This document shows, piece by piece, positions 1-10,354 of a DNA stretch of 64,000 nucleotides. Within the stretch, counting starts at the first letter, position 1, and every line of letters starts with the position of its first letter. Source of the DNA: Trueperaceae bacterium. GTDB taxonomy: Bacteria > Deinococcota > Deinococci > Deinococcales > Trueperaceae. The position numbers and the translations under genes were made by a program. Location: contig CBDCDZ010000004.1 in the NCBI GenBank assembly GCA_965215565.1, positions 4,256,001 to 4,320,000 of the forward strand, given 5' to 3'. The notes below the pieces were generated by a model. It did no database searches and had not been told where the DNA came from. It worked only from the letters and a program-made list of their open reading frames with translations.

Positions 1-273
1 AGGCTTCTCACGGACGCTCTCAAAACCCTAGACCGCGACCAAGATGACGAATTTAGACGCGGACAAGCCGTCGAGACGGTTTTTCACCCTATCCCTTCAG
101 TGGCGCGGCGTATTGAAAAGTTGGAGACGAGGGACGCGCCCCCCAACCTAGCAACCTGGCACGTCGCGCGAACGGCGCTCTACCTCTCGTGGGCGAATGT
201 GAGTCTGCTCTCGAGGGCGGTCCACTGCAACATCGGCAGACCGGAAGTGTGGGTGTTTTTGCCGAGTGACTAA
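1..273 (+). CDS. 3' end of a hypothetical protein (runs off window start)
   Basis: Frame 1 is open from base 1 to TAA 271-273: RLLTDALKTLDRDQDDE...FHPIPSVARRI...SRAVHCNIGRPEVWVFLPSD*. Not in the ORF track because it has no start. Confidence 0.7.
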   Translation, partial: RLLTDALKTLDRDQDDEFRRGQAVETVFHPIPSVARRIEKLETRDAPPNLATWHVARTALYLSWANVSLLSRAVHCNIGRPEVWVFLPSD

Positions 274-344
274 AGAGGTCAGACGTGCGGGACGTTTGCA
301 ACTGGCTCGCCCTGACGCGCAGCCCTAAAGTTAAGGAAGTAATT

Positions 345-1898
345 ATGGACGCGACTCAACACACACGCGCTCAGCGCACTTCACCAGGTCATAAACCGAT
401 CGTCGAGCAGCCTAGAGGCTTCGACCTCTTCGCGCTCCCCGGTCTGCGCCGCTTCATCCGCTGGAAATACGCCCGCTTCGTCTTTCAACTCCCACTCCTG
501 ATCCTCGCCGTGTTCGTTATCTGGGACGGCTTCGCCGGGCGGCAGGTTGCCCCGCGCAATATCGCCACGACGACGGTGTGGCTCCACTACCGAGGTTTAG
601 TCGTGATCGCGCTGGCGCTCATCGGCAACGCCTTTTGCGCCGCTTGCCCCCTGATGCTCACTAGAGGTGCGACGAAGCGGTTGGAGCGCTTTTTGCCGCG
701 CAAGTTGAGCTTTCCCAAGCCGCTCAAAAATAAAGTCCTCGTCACCGTTCTCCTCTTGTTCTTTTTCTTCTCCTACGAATACTTCGACCTCTGGGCGAGC
801 CCTTGGCTGACCGCCTGGCTCGTCATCGCTTACTTCGGCGGCGCATTGGCTGTGGATACCCTCTTCCCGGCGGGAACCTTCTGCCGCTACGTGTGCCCCT
901 TGGGGAACTTCAACTTCGCCTATTCGTCCGCCTCTCCGACGCAGATTACGGCGGTGGACCACGACATCTGTCGGAGCTGCGAGCACAAGCCGTGTCTGCA
1001 CGGACGCGACACCTACGAGACGAAATCAGCGCAGGATAAGAAGGGACACGTCGCCGCCTTCATCCCCCTCACCGACATCGTCCACGCGAACGGCACCGGG
1101 CACTTCCCCGGCTGCGAGACGGACCTCTTCGTGCCGACGATGCAATCGAACATGGACTGCACGAACTGCTTCAACTGCGTGCGTGCGTGCCCTTACGACA
1201 ACGTCGCCCTGACCGTGCGGCAACCAGGCTGGGAGTGGACGCGCGCACCTTGGAAAACGCGGGGGCGGCTGCCGCTCATGGTCATGGGCGTCTTGCTGAC
1301 CTTTTGGGGACTCTTAAACGCCGTGGCGATGACCGGACCTTACTTCAGCTTGGCGCAGTGGACAGCGCGCACGTTCAACACGCAAAACGAAGCCTTGCTG
1401 CTCGGTACGTTCTTTCTCGTGACGACGCTTGCAGGACTCCTCATCATGGGCGGCGTCGCCTACCTTGCAGACCTCTTAGGGCAGGGGAGAGCGAGCATCA
1501 AAGATTCGTTCCTACGCTGGGGTTACGTCACTGTGGCGCTCGGCTTCGGCTTTTGGGGGGCGCACTACCTCTTTCACTTCATGACGGGGGCTCTTAGCAT
1601 CGTGCCGGTGTTTCAAAACTTTTTTGAGGCGCGGGGCTTGCCCGTTGACCCCGACTGGCGGCTCGCGCAGATTATCCCGACTGACTGGCTCTTCCCGGTG
1701 GGCGCGGCGATCACGCTCTTCTACAGCTTTCTAGCGGTCTATGTAACCGTGCGTATCGCGCTTAGAGACTTCGGGCGGCGCGGCGTTTTGGCGATGTGGC
1801 CGCCGCTTCTGTTCGTGCTCCTCTTCGCGGCGGTGGCGCTTACCGTTTTAGGCGAGCCGATGGAGATGCGCGGGACGATCTTAGGACCGAGCTTCTAG
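345..1898 (+). CDS. Polytopic membrane 4Fe-4S protein (NapH/NosR/FesM-like ferredoxin)
   Basis: CxxCP motifs (FCAACP, FCRYVCP), CxxCxxCxxxCP (CTNCFNCVRACP), many TM helices. AAGGA upstream of ATG 345. Confidence 0.8.
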   Translation: MDATQHTRAQRTSPGHKPIVEQPRGFDLFALPGLRRFIRWKYARFVFQLPLLILAVFVIWDGFAGRQVAPRNIATTTVWLHYRGLVVIALALIGNAFCAACPLMLTRGATKRLERFLPRKLSFPKPLKNKVLVTVLLLFFFFSYEYFDLWASPWLTAWLVIAYFGGALAVDTLFPAGTFCRYVCPLGNFNFAYSSASPTQITAVDHDICRSCEHKPCLHGRDTYETKSAQDKKGHVAAFIPLTDIVHANGTGHFPGCETDLFVPTMQSNMDCTNCFNCVRACPYDNVALTVRQPGWEWTRAPWKTRGRLPLMVMGVLLTFWGLLNAVAMTGPYFSLAQWTARTFNTQNEALLLGTFFLVTTLAGLLIMGGVAYLADLLGQGRASIKDSFLRWGYVTVALGFGFWGAHYLFHFMTGALSIVPVFQNFFEARGLPVDPDWRLAQIIPTDWLFPVGAAITLFYSFLAVYVTVRIALRDFGRRGVLAMWPPLLFVLLFAAVALTVLGEPMEMRGTILGPSF

Positions 1899-2114
1899 CG
1901 CTAATTTTCATAGCGAGAGGAGGGAGAAGGTGCCATGTTGAGCGCGTGGCGGGCTTCCTCAAAACAGTTCTTTTTACCGGGCTCATGCTCCTCTTGGGCG
2001 CGGGCGTCTGAGCACTCGCACGGCGCGGCTCGAGCCAAACGAAAGCAGCGCCGCTAAGCCGTAGGACAAACACCCCTTATCTGTGGAGGGTAGACGCTGA
2101 TAGGATGACCTAGC

Positions 2115-2816
2115 ATGGTTTTTCTCGATGCTCAACCCATTAAGTCCGCCCTTCTATCTTTAGGACTGCTCAACGCGGTGCTCTCTCCTTTCGCCGCCGC
2201 TCAAGACCTCCCGGAATGCCGCTACGACAATCTAGAAACGCGCTACCAGGACCTGTCTCAGTGGCGCATTACCCTGCTCGACGCGCTTTACAAACTGCCC
2301 GAAAGCTACGCACCGCAAGACCTCGTTTCGGTGGAAGAGGCGGGGCTCGACTCCGAGCACCGAGTGCGCGCCTTTGTTATCCCTGACCTGCGGGCGCTCG
2401 TACAAGCGGCGAAGGACGCCGGGCATCCTCTCGCGGTTCAGTCGGCGTACCGCTCGTATACGTATCAGGTTGGCACCTTCAACTACTGGGCTCAACAAAG
2501 AGGTCGCGAGGAGGCGCTTAAAGTTAGCGCGCGGGCGGGGCACTCCGAACATCAACTCGGCACCGCGCTCGACTTTCGCAGCGCGGACGGACCGGCCGCC
2601 TGGGACTTAGAGGACTGGGCGCAGACGCCCGCCGGCGCGTGGCTGGAGGAGAACGCTCCGCACTACGGCTTCGTGATGAGCTACCCGCAAGGGGCGGAGG
2701 CAGTAGTCTGCTACACCTACGAGCCCTGGCACTACCGCTACATGGGGCGAGAGGTGGCTGAAGCAGTGCGCGAGAGCGGTTTGACCCTGCGCGAGTGGTT
2801 GTGGCGGCAGCAATAG
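2115..2816 (+). CDS. M15B D-alanyl-D-alanine carboxypeptidase (VanY-like), exported
   Basis: SAYRS, SEHQLGTALD and EPWHYRY motifs; N-terminal signal peptide. Confidence 0.9.
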   Translation: MVFLDAQPIKSALLSLGLLNAVLSPFAAAQDLPECRYDNLETRYQDLSQWRITLLDALYKLPESYAPQDLVSVEEAGLDSEHRVRAFVIPDLRALVQAAKDAGHPLAVQSAYRSYTYQVGTFNYWAQQRGREEALKVSARAGHSEHQLGTALDFRSADGPAAWDLEDWAQTPAGAWLEENAPHYGFVMSYPQGAEAVVCYTYEPWHYRYMGREVAEAVRESGLTLREWLWRQQ

Positions 2817-2872
2817 AGTTGCGACGTTATTCGGTACGGTCTTATGCCCCGAGCGCGGCGTTATGCTGAGCT

Positions 2873-3436
2873 ATGCGTAACTTCAGACCTTACCTTTTCG
2901 CGCTCTCGCTGCTCGTCGTCGGTTTAGTCGGCGTCGCCCTCGCTCACGCGACGCTCGTGCTAGGCGTCGTCTCGAGCACGCCTACCGCCCCCCAGCCCGG
3001 CGAAGACTTCACGCTCAACCTGACCCTGGAAGACCCCACAGGCGTTCCCGTCGAAGACGCCGTCGTCTTCGCCGAATTTCGCCCGCCCGGAGCCCCTTTG
3101 GAGAGTGAGCCCGTGCGTGACGTGCGCTTAGAAGAGCTTTCTGCAGGTGCTTACAGCGCGGCGCTCAGCCTGCCGAACGCGGGCAAATGGAACCTCTTCT
3201 TGCGCGATCAGACCTTTCGTCAAGAGGAAGCCACCGCCAGCTTGACGTTTGGCGTCGGTGTCGCCGGGGCTGCTCTGCAGTCTTTCGTGTTTCCGCCTAC
3301 CGCGACGGGGCCCGCGAACATCTGGACGTGGCTGGGTTGGCTCATCGGCTTGCCGGTCATCGCCGCGGTCATCGTCACCGTGCTCGTTCTAACCGGTGAC
3401 AAGAAAGAGCCGCAGGGCGTGACCAACAAAACGTGA
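2873..3436 (+). CDS. Exported YtkA/FixH-like Ig-fold protein with C-terminal membrane anchor
   Basis: Signal peptide ending ALA-H, DPTGVPVEDA, GAYSA...GKW beta-strand pattern, C-terminal TM helix. Confidence 0.6.
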   Translation: MRNFRPYLFALSLLVVGLVGVALAHATLVLGVVSSTPTAPQPGEDFTLNLTLEDPTGVPVEDAVVFAEFRPPGAPLESEPVRDVRLEELSAGAYSAALSLPNAGKWNLFLRDQTFRQEEATASLTFGVGVAGAALQSFVFPPTATGPANIWTWLGWLIGLPVIAAVIVTVLVLTGDKKEPQGVTNKT

Positions 3437-3475
3437 TAGATTCTCCCCTGTGAACGTTCGGGTTGTGATAGTTCA

Positions 3476-4207
3476 GTGAGCCTCCTCGAGCAGACTTCCG
3501 GCACTCTCGTCAACGTTTTAACGGTTCTCGTCGGCTCAGGTCTGGGGCTCTTGCTGCGCGGACGCTTGCCGCAGCGCATCGTGGGCGTGGTGATGCAGGC
3601 CATCGGTTTGACAACGCTCCTCATCGGCATTTTGAATGCGATGGACCTGACCCGCGTGGAGACGCCGCCCGGCATCATCGTAGGCTTGATCGCGCTGGCG
3701 CTAGGCGGCGCGTTAGGGGAGTGGTGGGGGCTCGAGGAGTCTCTGGAGGGCGTCGGCGAACGCCTCAAGGCGCGCTTTCAAGGGCAAGGACGCTTCACCG
3801 AAGGCTTCGTCGCTGCGAGTCTTCTCTTCTGCGTCGGACCCTTGACGCTTATCGGTAGCATCCAAAACGGTCTCGCTGGTGACGCCTCGTTTTTACTGCT
3901 CAAATCTACGCTGGACGGGTTCGCGTCGCTAGCACTCTCTGCAACCTTTGGCTTCGGCGTCATCTTTTCTATCATCGTCATTGCTGTCTATCAAGGCGCG
4001 CTCTCGCTCGGCGCGGGGCTATTCGCCAACCTCATCGCGGACCCGAGTACGGACCCGCGCGTGCTGCTCGTAAACGGCGTCGGGGGGCTTATGATCATGG
4101 GTTTAGGCTTCGGACTTTTGGAGATCAAAAAGCTGCGCGTAGCGAGTCTGCTGCCTGCGCTGGTGCTGGTGGTGGTGCTCTACTACGTGGGGTTGCTTTT
4201 TTACTAG
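3476..4207 (+). CDS. DUF554 family membrane protein
   Basis: GTLVN start, FCVGPL...GS, KSTLDG motifs. Confidence 0.9.
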   Translation: MSLLEQTSGTLVNVLTVLVGSGLGLLLRGRLPQRIVGVVMQAIGLTTLLIGILNAMDLTRVETPPGIIVGLIALALGGALGEWWGLEESLEGVGERLKARFQGQGRFTEGFVAASLLFCVGPLTLIGSIQNGLAGDASFLLLKSTLDGFASLALSATFGFGVIFSIIVIAVYQGALSLGAGLFANLIADPSTDPRVLLVNGVGGLMIMGLGFGLLEIKKLRVASLLPALVLVVVLYYVGLLFY

Positions 4208-4219
4208 CTTGCAACCTCT

Positions 4220-4430
4220 TATACGGCTTCCGGGTGAATCCACTACAAAATGCATTCGCAGGATGGCGTTACTCACCGGAATCCGTCGCTGTTTCTACTC
4301 GCTAGAGAGCCATCAGCAGGGCGTATCATGCCGTCAGCACTACCCATTGCGTCTATGATCAGATGCTACCTGCTGCTGAAGGCTCTTTGCTCGGGTTAAT
4401 TCTTTTAGGAATTAACCGGAAAGGGTATTA
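4220..4430. repeat. Structured intergenic repeat family A, copy 1 (MITE/SRE-like)
   Basis: Shares TATACGG.TTCCGG, CTCACCGGAATCCGT, TGTTTCTACTCGCT, GCGTATCATGCCGT, TTGCTCGGG and ACCGGAAAGGGTATTA blocks with 8058-8387. Confidence 0.85.
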
Positions 4431-6080
4431 CACCCCCGCCGCCCCAAACGCCGCCTTCACGATGTCCTGCGCTTCATCTTGCAACTTTTTAAGGTGCGCT
4501 TCGCCCTTGAAGCTCTCCGCGTAAATCTTGTAGATATCCTCTGTTCCCGACGGACGCGCCGCAAACCAACCGTTCTCCGTTACGACTTTAAGCCCGCCAA
4601 TCGCCGCACCGTTGCCGGGTGCCTTGGTGAGCTTGTCCTCAATCGCTTCACCCGCGAGTTCGTCCGCCTCGATCTGCTCGGGCGAGAGGCTTTTCAAGAC
4701 AGCTTTTTGCTCGTCCGTCGCGGGCGCGTCGATGCGCTCATAGACAGGTGAGCCGAACTGCTCTTTTAAGTCCTCGTAGTGCTCCGCCGGGTCGCGTCCC
4801 GTCTTCGCGGTAATTTCCGCCGCCAAGAGGTCCATGATGATGCCGTCTTTGTCCGTGGTCCAGACCGTCCCGTCCTGCCGCAAAAAGGACGCCCCCGCGC
4901 TCTCCTCGCCGCCAAAGCCGTAGGAGCCGTCAACGAGACCGTCCACGAACCACTTGAAGCCAACCGGAACCTCCGCTAGCGGACGCCCCAAGTGCGACGC
5001 CACGCGGTCGATCATTGAACTCGAGACCAACGTCTTACCCACCGCCGCGTCCTCTTTCCACTCTGGGCGGTTCTGGAAGAGGTACCACACCGACACCGCC
5101 AAGAAGTGGTTCGGATTCATCAGCCCTGCGCTCTTCGTGACGATGCCGTGCCTGTCGAAGTCGGGGTCGTTTCCAAACGCAACGTCGAACTTGTCTTTGA
5201 GGTCAATCAAACCCGCCATCGCATAAGGAGACGAGCAGTCCATGCGGATTTTGCCATCTTTATCCACCGCCATAAAGGAGAAGGTCGGGTCCACGTGGCG
5301 GTTGACCACTTCAAGGTGGAGCCCGTAGCGCTCCGCAATCGGCTCCCAATACGCGACGCCTGCCCCACCCATCGGGTCCACGCCGATTTTGAGCCCGGCG
5401 TCCGCAATCGCCTTCATATCTACGACGTTCTCTAAGTCGTTTACGTAAGGCGTGATGTAGTCGTACTCGTGGACGCACGCGCTCTGCATCGCCTTTTGGT
5501 AGGGAAGTCGCAAAACCTCTTTCATGCCGGTCTGCAAGATGCCGTTCGCCCGCGCTTCGATGCTGCTCGTGATATCGTTGCCCGCCGGTCCACCCGAGGG
5601 AGGGTTGTACTTAAAGCCGCCGTCCGTCGGGGGATTGTGCGAGGGTGTAATGACCACGCCGTCCGCCAGCCCCTCCGTGCGGTCCTTGTTGTAGGTCAAA
5701 ATGGCGTGCGAAATCACCGGGGTTGGAGTGTAGCCCAAACCCGCTTGAATCATAGTTTCTACGCCATTTGCCGCGAAGACCTGAAGCGCCGTCGAGAGCG
5801 CCGCTTCTGAAAGCGCGTGCGTGTCCATGCCCACATAAAGAGGTCCTGTGACACCCTGCGCCTGCCGATGCTCGCAGAGCGCTTGACAAACCGCTAAGAT
5901 GTGCTCCTCGTTAAACGAGTTTTCCAGCGACGAGCCCCGGTGCCCTGAGGTGCCGAAAGAGACCCGCTCGGCGTCGTTATTTGGGTTGGGGTGGCGGGTG
6001 TAATACGACGCGATGAGGCGGGGGATATTGGTGAGGAGTTCGGTCGGGGCTTTTTTGCCTGCGTAGTCGGTTGGGTTCAT
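4428..6080 (-). CDS. pgm: Phosphoglucomutase (alpha-D-glucose-1,6-bisphosphate dependent)
   Basis: [21 protein letters not shown] and GEESAG motifs; AAGGAGG RBS before ATG 6080. Confidence 0.97.
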   Translation of the reverse strand: MNPTDYAGKKAPTELLTNIPRLIASYYTRHPNPNNDAERVSFGTSGHRGSSLENSFNEEHILAVCQALCEHRQAQGVTGPLYVGMDTHALSEAALSTALQVFAANGVETMIQAGLGYTPTPVISHAILTYNKDRTEGLADGVVITPSHNPPTDGGFKYNPPSGGPAGNDITSSIEARANGILQTGMKEVLRLPYQKAMQSACVHEYDYITPYVNDLENVVDMKAIADAGLKIGVDPMGGAGVAYWEPIAERYGLHLEVVNRHVDPTFSFMAVDKDGKIRMDCSSPYAMAGLIDLKDKFDVAFGNDPDFDRHGIVTKSAGLMNPNHFLAVSVWYLFQNRPEWKEDAAVGKTLVSSSMIDRVASHLGRPLAEVPVGFKWFVDGLVDGSYGFGGEESAGASFLRQDGTVWTTDKDGIIMDLLAAEITAKTGRDPAEHYEDLKEQFGSPVYERIDAPATDEQKAVLKSLSPEQIEADELAGEAIEDKLTKAPGNGAAIGGLKVVTENGWFAARPSGTEDIYKIYAESFKGEAHLKKLQDEAQDIVKAAFGAAGV

Positions 6081-6166
6081 GATTGTCCTCCCTTTTGGTT
6101 GAGCATAGCGGTTGGAGGGGAGGTTGGAAAGGGAGGTGGGGTGAAGTTTTGGCTCGAGCCTTGGCC

Positions 6167-7039
6167 TCATCTCAATGCTATAAGCCCTTTGCGTACCTCT
6201 TCATGAATACGGCTCGTATCAAAACGTGTAATATCCGCAATCTGGTACTGCTGACTTAGCCACTCGAATACGTGATAAGCCACGTAATACCCAGCTCGCA
6301 TCGGTATCTCGTCGGTTGTATAGCTTAGATTGATGCCAAAATAACGCTCGTTTATTCTTTTTTCAGTGCTAGCCATATCATCAAGGATGTGCCGAAGAAG
6401 GTATGAATGATTTTTTCTACACTGTTCTAACCACTTGCTCACAGGTTGTCCCTCGAGCGTGACCTCTTTACCTGTCCACAGCATTCGCGCTTCACTCAGA
6501 CCTGGTGTGGAAGACATAGCAACCTTTATAGCGAGACCTTCCATGACGAGTCTCGTGGCAACGGTTAAAGGTTGAGAGGCTACATTGCTCAGTGCCCGGT
6601 GAAAGACATGAGTGGTTTCGTGCACCGCTGTTGAAAGAAGGGAGCGTCGGTCCGAAAACATCTCGAGGGCGTAGAAGCAAATAGGCGTTTCGTCCAGCGT
6701 TTCAGCCCAAGCATTAGCGGTAAAACGTCCCACAAAAGCGATGTGGTGCGTTGAAACATCTGGTGCGTCTAAGCAAGTAGCACAAGCATTATTAGCCTCT
6801 TCTAAGACAGTTTGAATCTCGTCGGTAAGCGTTCTAATAGTCTCGGCAACCGTCGCCAAACGTTTCAGCGACACCTCTAGCGTATCGGACGATGGAAAAA
6901 GCTGTTCGTAGTAAGCGATCACTTCTTCATGGGGCTGCGCGTACAGTTCGCGCCATAAGGTTTCTTGAACATGAACATTTTGACCTTTTGCGGCGTTCCA
7001 GAAGTCAGCAAATGCGTAACCTAGGTTGGTAAGTTTCAC
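6167..7039 (-). CDS. Putative Zn-dependent protease (DUF2268-like)
   Basis: HETTH, downstream EGLA and C-terminal RAGYY motifs; visibly lower GC. Confidence 0.7.
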   Translation of the reverse strand: MKLTNLGYAFADFWNAAKGQNVHVQETLWRELYAQPHEEVIAYYEQLFPSSDTLEVSLKRLATVAETIRTLTDEIQTVLEEANNACATCLDAPDVSTHHIAFVGRFTANAWAETLDETPICFYALEMFSDRRSLLSTAVHETTHVFHRALSNVASQPLTVATRLVMEGLAIKVAMSSTPGLSEARMLWTGKEVTLEGQPVSKWLEQCRKNHSYLLRHILDDMASTEKRINERYFGINLSYTTDEIPMRAGYYVAYHVFEWLSQQYQIADITRFDTSRIHEEVRKGLIALR

Positions 7040-7130
7040 AAGTCCACCTTACTTTCCGTAAAGGTTGGTATCTAGACCTTATACCTCTTACATCCTTGCC
7101 CCACCCCACAAAAACGCCTATCATAAACCT

Positions 7131-7388
7131 ATGACGATAGAACTCACCCGTGAGCAAGAAACCCTCGTGCGAGACCTCGTAGAGTCGGGGCGCTACGAAT
7201 CTGTAGAGGCGTTTATCGAAGCGGCGATTACAGTAGCGTACAGCGAGACGGAGCGCTTCGCGCAGTGGGCGCATGAGCGTCACGAGCAAGCAGCGGAGGA
7301 TGTGGCAGCGGACCGCGTCGTGAGCGTGCCCAAAGGCAAGATGGCGGCGACACTGGCGCAGCACCGTAACGGTTTGCTACCAGACTAG
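7131..7388 (+). CDS. ParD-like ribbon-helix-helix antitoxin
   Basis: MTIELT...LVESGRYES pattern; directly upstream of a ParE-like gene. Confidence 0.8.
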   Translation: MTIELTREQETLVRDLVESGRYESVEAFIEAAITVAYSETERFAQWAHERHEQAAEDVAADRVVSVPKGKMAATLAQHRNGLLPD

Positions 7389-7397
7389 CGCTGTTCT

Positions 7398-7691
7398 GTG
7401 GAGATTCGTTTTACGCTTCGGGCGCTGACTGACCTTGACGAGATACACAGTTACATCGCTCGAGACAACCAAGAGCGAGCAGACCGTCTCGTCGAAGCGC
7501 TCAGAGACGCCCTCGACGTCCTCACGGTTTTTCCAGAGAGCGGCAGTACCCGCGCCAATCTCCCCGAGGGTCTGCGGGTATTCGTTTATCGCAACTACTT
7601 GACGATTTACAGCATAGGGGATGACGCTATTCTCATTGAAGGTATCACCGAAGGGCACCGCGACATCGGCGGACTGTTCTCGGATAGCTGA
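7398..7691 (+). CDS. ParE/RelE family toxin
   Basis: RALTDLDEIHSYIARDN...FPESG...YLTIY...HRD. Confidence 0.9.
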   Translation: MEIRFTLRALTDLDEIHSYIARDNQERADRLVEALRDALDVLTVFPESGSTRANLPEGLRVFVYRNYLTIYSIGDDAILIEGITEGHRDIGGLFSDS

Positions 7692-7711
7692 CGTTTTAGT
7701 GAATGATGACC

Positions 7712-7912
7712 TTATTCGGGCTTGGTAAAATCGAGTAAGGGTTCATCGAAGTCTTCCGCTATCGTCATCGCGCCCTTGTGCATATCGAGGATGAGCGGCT
7801 GTTCATGAGGTGAAGCTGTTTTTTGAAGCGACAACGCATACTCATATACTTTTGTCTGCAACTCGAGCGGCAACGTTTCGACAAGGGTAAGTAAACTGTC
7901 TTCAAGGTTATC
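7712..7912 (-). pseudogene. Orphan DUF2281-like antitoxin lacking an in-frame start at the expected position
   Basis: Minus frame reads DNLEDSLLTLVETLPLELQTKVYEYALSL...MHKGAMTIAEDFDEPLLDF*. There is an in-frame TGA upstream, no ATG at the N-terminus and no toxin downstream. Confidence 0.6.
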
Positions 7913-8057
7913 GTAGCAGGCTGATAAAACTGAGAAAAATAGTCGCTTGCGTCGTCAGGCGGAGTCCGGGACTTTGCTCGCCCTATCACAAAGATTTCCG
8001 ATCAACTCTTGAGGGTTGACCGGAAAAGATGTCGGTTACTTCTAGCTTATCCTCAGT

Positions 8058-8387
8058 TATACGGGTTCCGGTTGATTACTGCATAAACTCTTGCAGAGTT
8101 TCTTCCGTGCTCACCGGAATCCGTACTTGTTTCTACTCGCTGGAGAGTCCTCAACTGCTAGCGGGAGCGAACTAGCCCCAACGGCTAGCGGGAGCGGTCC
8201 ACGCGACGCGGGCTTTGCCCGTTCTAGGGTCCACGCGACTGCGTATCATGCCGTTATAAAAGCTCATTGCTTCTATTTGAAGATGCAACGGCAGGGCGGC
8301 CTGCCCGTAACGCCACCTCCAGTTGAGGACTCCTTGCTCGGGATTAAATACGCGACTTTATCGCGTATTTTACCGGAAAGGGTATTA
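8058..8387. repeat. Structured intergenic repeat family A, copy 2 (expanded)
   Basis: Same blocks as 4220-4430, plus internal direct repeats GCTAGCGGGAGCG x2 and GGTCCACGCGAC x2. Confidence 0.85.
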
Positions 8388-9569
8388 CTTCTGTCTCACC
8401 CTTACATAATCGATCTCAAACGCATTCGGAAACGTCGTTACGCGGGTGGGCGGCTTGCCCCAACTGCGCTCACTCGAAACCGCTAGGTTGAAGATCAGGT
8501 TCATCGGCTCGTCGGGTATCGCGGCCTTGTCCGTGACGCGGTAGCGGAGTTTGCCGTCTACGTACCACTCGAGCCTGTCAGAAAGCCACACCAGCTTGTA
8601 GTCGTGCCAGCCTTTATCGAGCCCCCTGATATCAGCGTTCGCGCCGTACTGCTTATGCTTTCCTCTGTCATGCCAGTGGACGTGAAACTCCGCTGTGGTG
8701 GGGCGCTCCATGACGAGTTCTAGGATGTCGATTTCGTTCGTCCACCGGCCGGTCTTAGGCAGCAACCAAGCGGCGGGGAACATGCCGACCGTGTTGCCCT
8801 GGGGCAACTTGGCTCGAAAGGTGACTTCACCATACTTGAAGTTGAAGGTCTCGTCTGAGGAGATGACGCCACCCGTAAGGTCGAACGCACCTCTGTACCG
8901 GGTCCATACGCGCTCGTTGTCGGCGACCAGACCAACGCGACCGTTCTTTACAATGACGTTCTCCGCTCTGAACCACTGGGTGTTGCCCTGAAAACCCGCG
9001 CGTCCGCCGTCGGGGTCCTCGCTCCAGTGAAACTGGGTGCGCCACTTGCGCTTATCCAAGCGTGAACCGTCGAAGCCGTCGTAGAACACGGTGCGCCAAC
9101 CCTTGGAGGCTTCGTCGCCATCCGAAGGTCGCTCACCTGAGGGAGTGACCTTAAAGCGCACTATCTCCTGCAAACTCGTGTAGCTTTTGCTACCTCTTAG
9201 GACGCGGTAGTAGCAGCGCACCTTGACGCTGTAGTCGCCCGCTGACGAACCCTTGAAACCCGCGCTGCCGCCGTAGTCGTAGGGCGTCACGTCCTCCCTG
9301 TTGACGTAGGCGTTCTTCTCATCCCAAAAGAGACACTTGTAGGGTTTTTTGCCCTTGTAGAGAACGTCCTGGGCGCGGCTGAAGATGCGGTACGTCGTGT
9401 TGGGTTTCAAGGTCGCCCCGGCGAGCGGCTTAGCGTCCGAGCGGTCTCGGTTGGGCGAGTAGAATAAGGCGCTGTCGAACGAAGGAACCGCCTGAGACTC
9501 CAGGGTCGGGGGTTCGCTCACATTACAAGCGGCGAGGAGTAAAACGAGCATGAGGGGGACTTTACGCAT
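8385..9569 (-). CDS. Lipoprotein with GH16 beta-glucanase domain
   Basis: LAAC lipobox, catalytic EIDILE, C-terminal IDYVRV; GGAGG RBS. Confidence 0.9.
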   Translation of the reverse strand: MRKVPLMLVLLLAACNVSEPPTLESQAVPSFDSALFYSPNRDRSDAKPLAGATLKPNTTYRIFSRAQDVLYKGKKPYKCLFWDEKNAYVNREDVTPYDYGGSAGFKGSSAGDYSVKVRCYYRVLRGSKSYTSLQEIVRFKVTPSGERPSDGDEASKGWRTVFYDGFDGSRLDKRKWRTQFHWSEDPDGGRAGFQGNTQWFRAENVIVKNGRVGLVADNERVWTRYRGAFDLTGGVISSDETFNFKYGEVTFRAKLPQGNTVGMFPAAWLLPKTGRWTNEIDILELVMERPTTAEFHVHWHDRGKHKQYGANADIRGLDKGWHDYKLVWLSDRLEWYVDGKLRYRVTDKAAIPDEPMNLIFNLAVSSERSWGKPPTRVTTFPNAFEIDYVRVRQK

Positions 9570-10035
9570 AAAACCTCCGGTGAGACGCCCCACGGCACAA
9601 CATGATGGGACCAAAACCTTTTTGATGAGATTAAAAAGGTCGTGCGTCTTCGCTGATTTGAGTGGTTGATGTACCCGTAACGACTGGAGATAACTACGCT
9701 GTTAGGCGCAGGTGACGCTCAACTCACTGCGGCAGCGTAACGAGAGGAGGGGCTAGGCTGCGGTGAATTTTTCTACCTAGTTTTTGCGGGTGGGCTGAAC
9801 TGTCGTGTTACTTTCCCAGAGCACCGTCGCGTTCTGAGAGAGAAAAACACCGTCCTACACGACTATCGTAGGCAAAGCTAACGACGTCAGAACCGTGCAT
9901 TCGAAATTTTTCACATCTTACTTTTTGAACGTGCCATATCAGACTGAAAAGGGGTGTCACGATGTGGTCGCGAAGCTCGCCGCGTTGCTCCCACTGGACG
10001 AAGTGAAGGCGTCCGAAGTTACGCTCCTTCATGTA

Positions 10036-10150
10036 TATAGCAATTAACGTAAACACTGAGCTTGAATCACGCAAATATCATTCCCGAATGCGCGTGCTAG
10101 ACTGTGTTTTCCCCTTCCAGATTGGCTCAAACCAAATGATACTTGCTATA
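10036..10150. mobile_element. 115-bp MITE-like repeat family B, copy 1
   Basis: Ends TATAGCAA...TTGCTATA; colinear and highly similar to 56879-56993. Confidence 0.8.
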
Positions 10151-10153
10151 CTC

Positions 10154-10351
10154 CTACAAAAAGCTCAAGATTCTTCTCACGATAAGCGTGGTGAAAAAGA
10201 GTGAGGCGAGCGTGAGTAAAAGTCCTAGCGCGACCCTGCGCCGTTTAGAGTTTAGTTTGCCCGTGTGCCTGAGGTACTCGAGCAAGGTAAACCCAAGCAG
10301 AACGAGCGCCACTGCGAGCGCGACGTCTGTTGGGGGTGCGCCTTCAGGCAT
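10154..10351 (-). CDS. Small two-TM membrane protein
   Basis: 65 aa, two hydrophobic helices, last gene of the polysaccharide operon. Confidence 0.55.
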   Translation of the reverse strand: MPEGAPPTDVALAVALVLLGFTLLEYLRHTGKLNSKRRRVALGLLLTLASLFFTTLIVRRILSFL

Positions 10352-10354
10352 ATG

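Noticed and set aside
1899..2114. Small peptide gene after the ferredoxin
   Set aside because: The RBS-like GGAGG precedes an ATG frame that looks non-coding, and the hydrophobic frame has no good start
2115..2816. Vancomycin resistance locus
   Set aside because: A lone M15B carboxypeptidase with no vanHAX or vanRS genes
8091..8486. 131-aa ORF
   Set aside because: It lies across repeat family A and antisense to the GH16 3' end; no protein-like features
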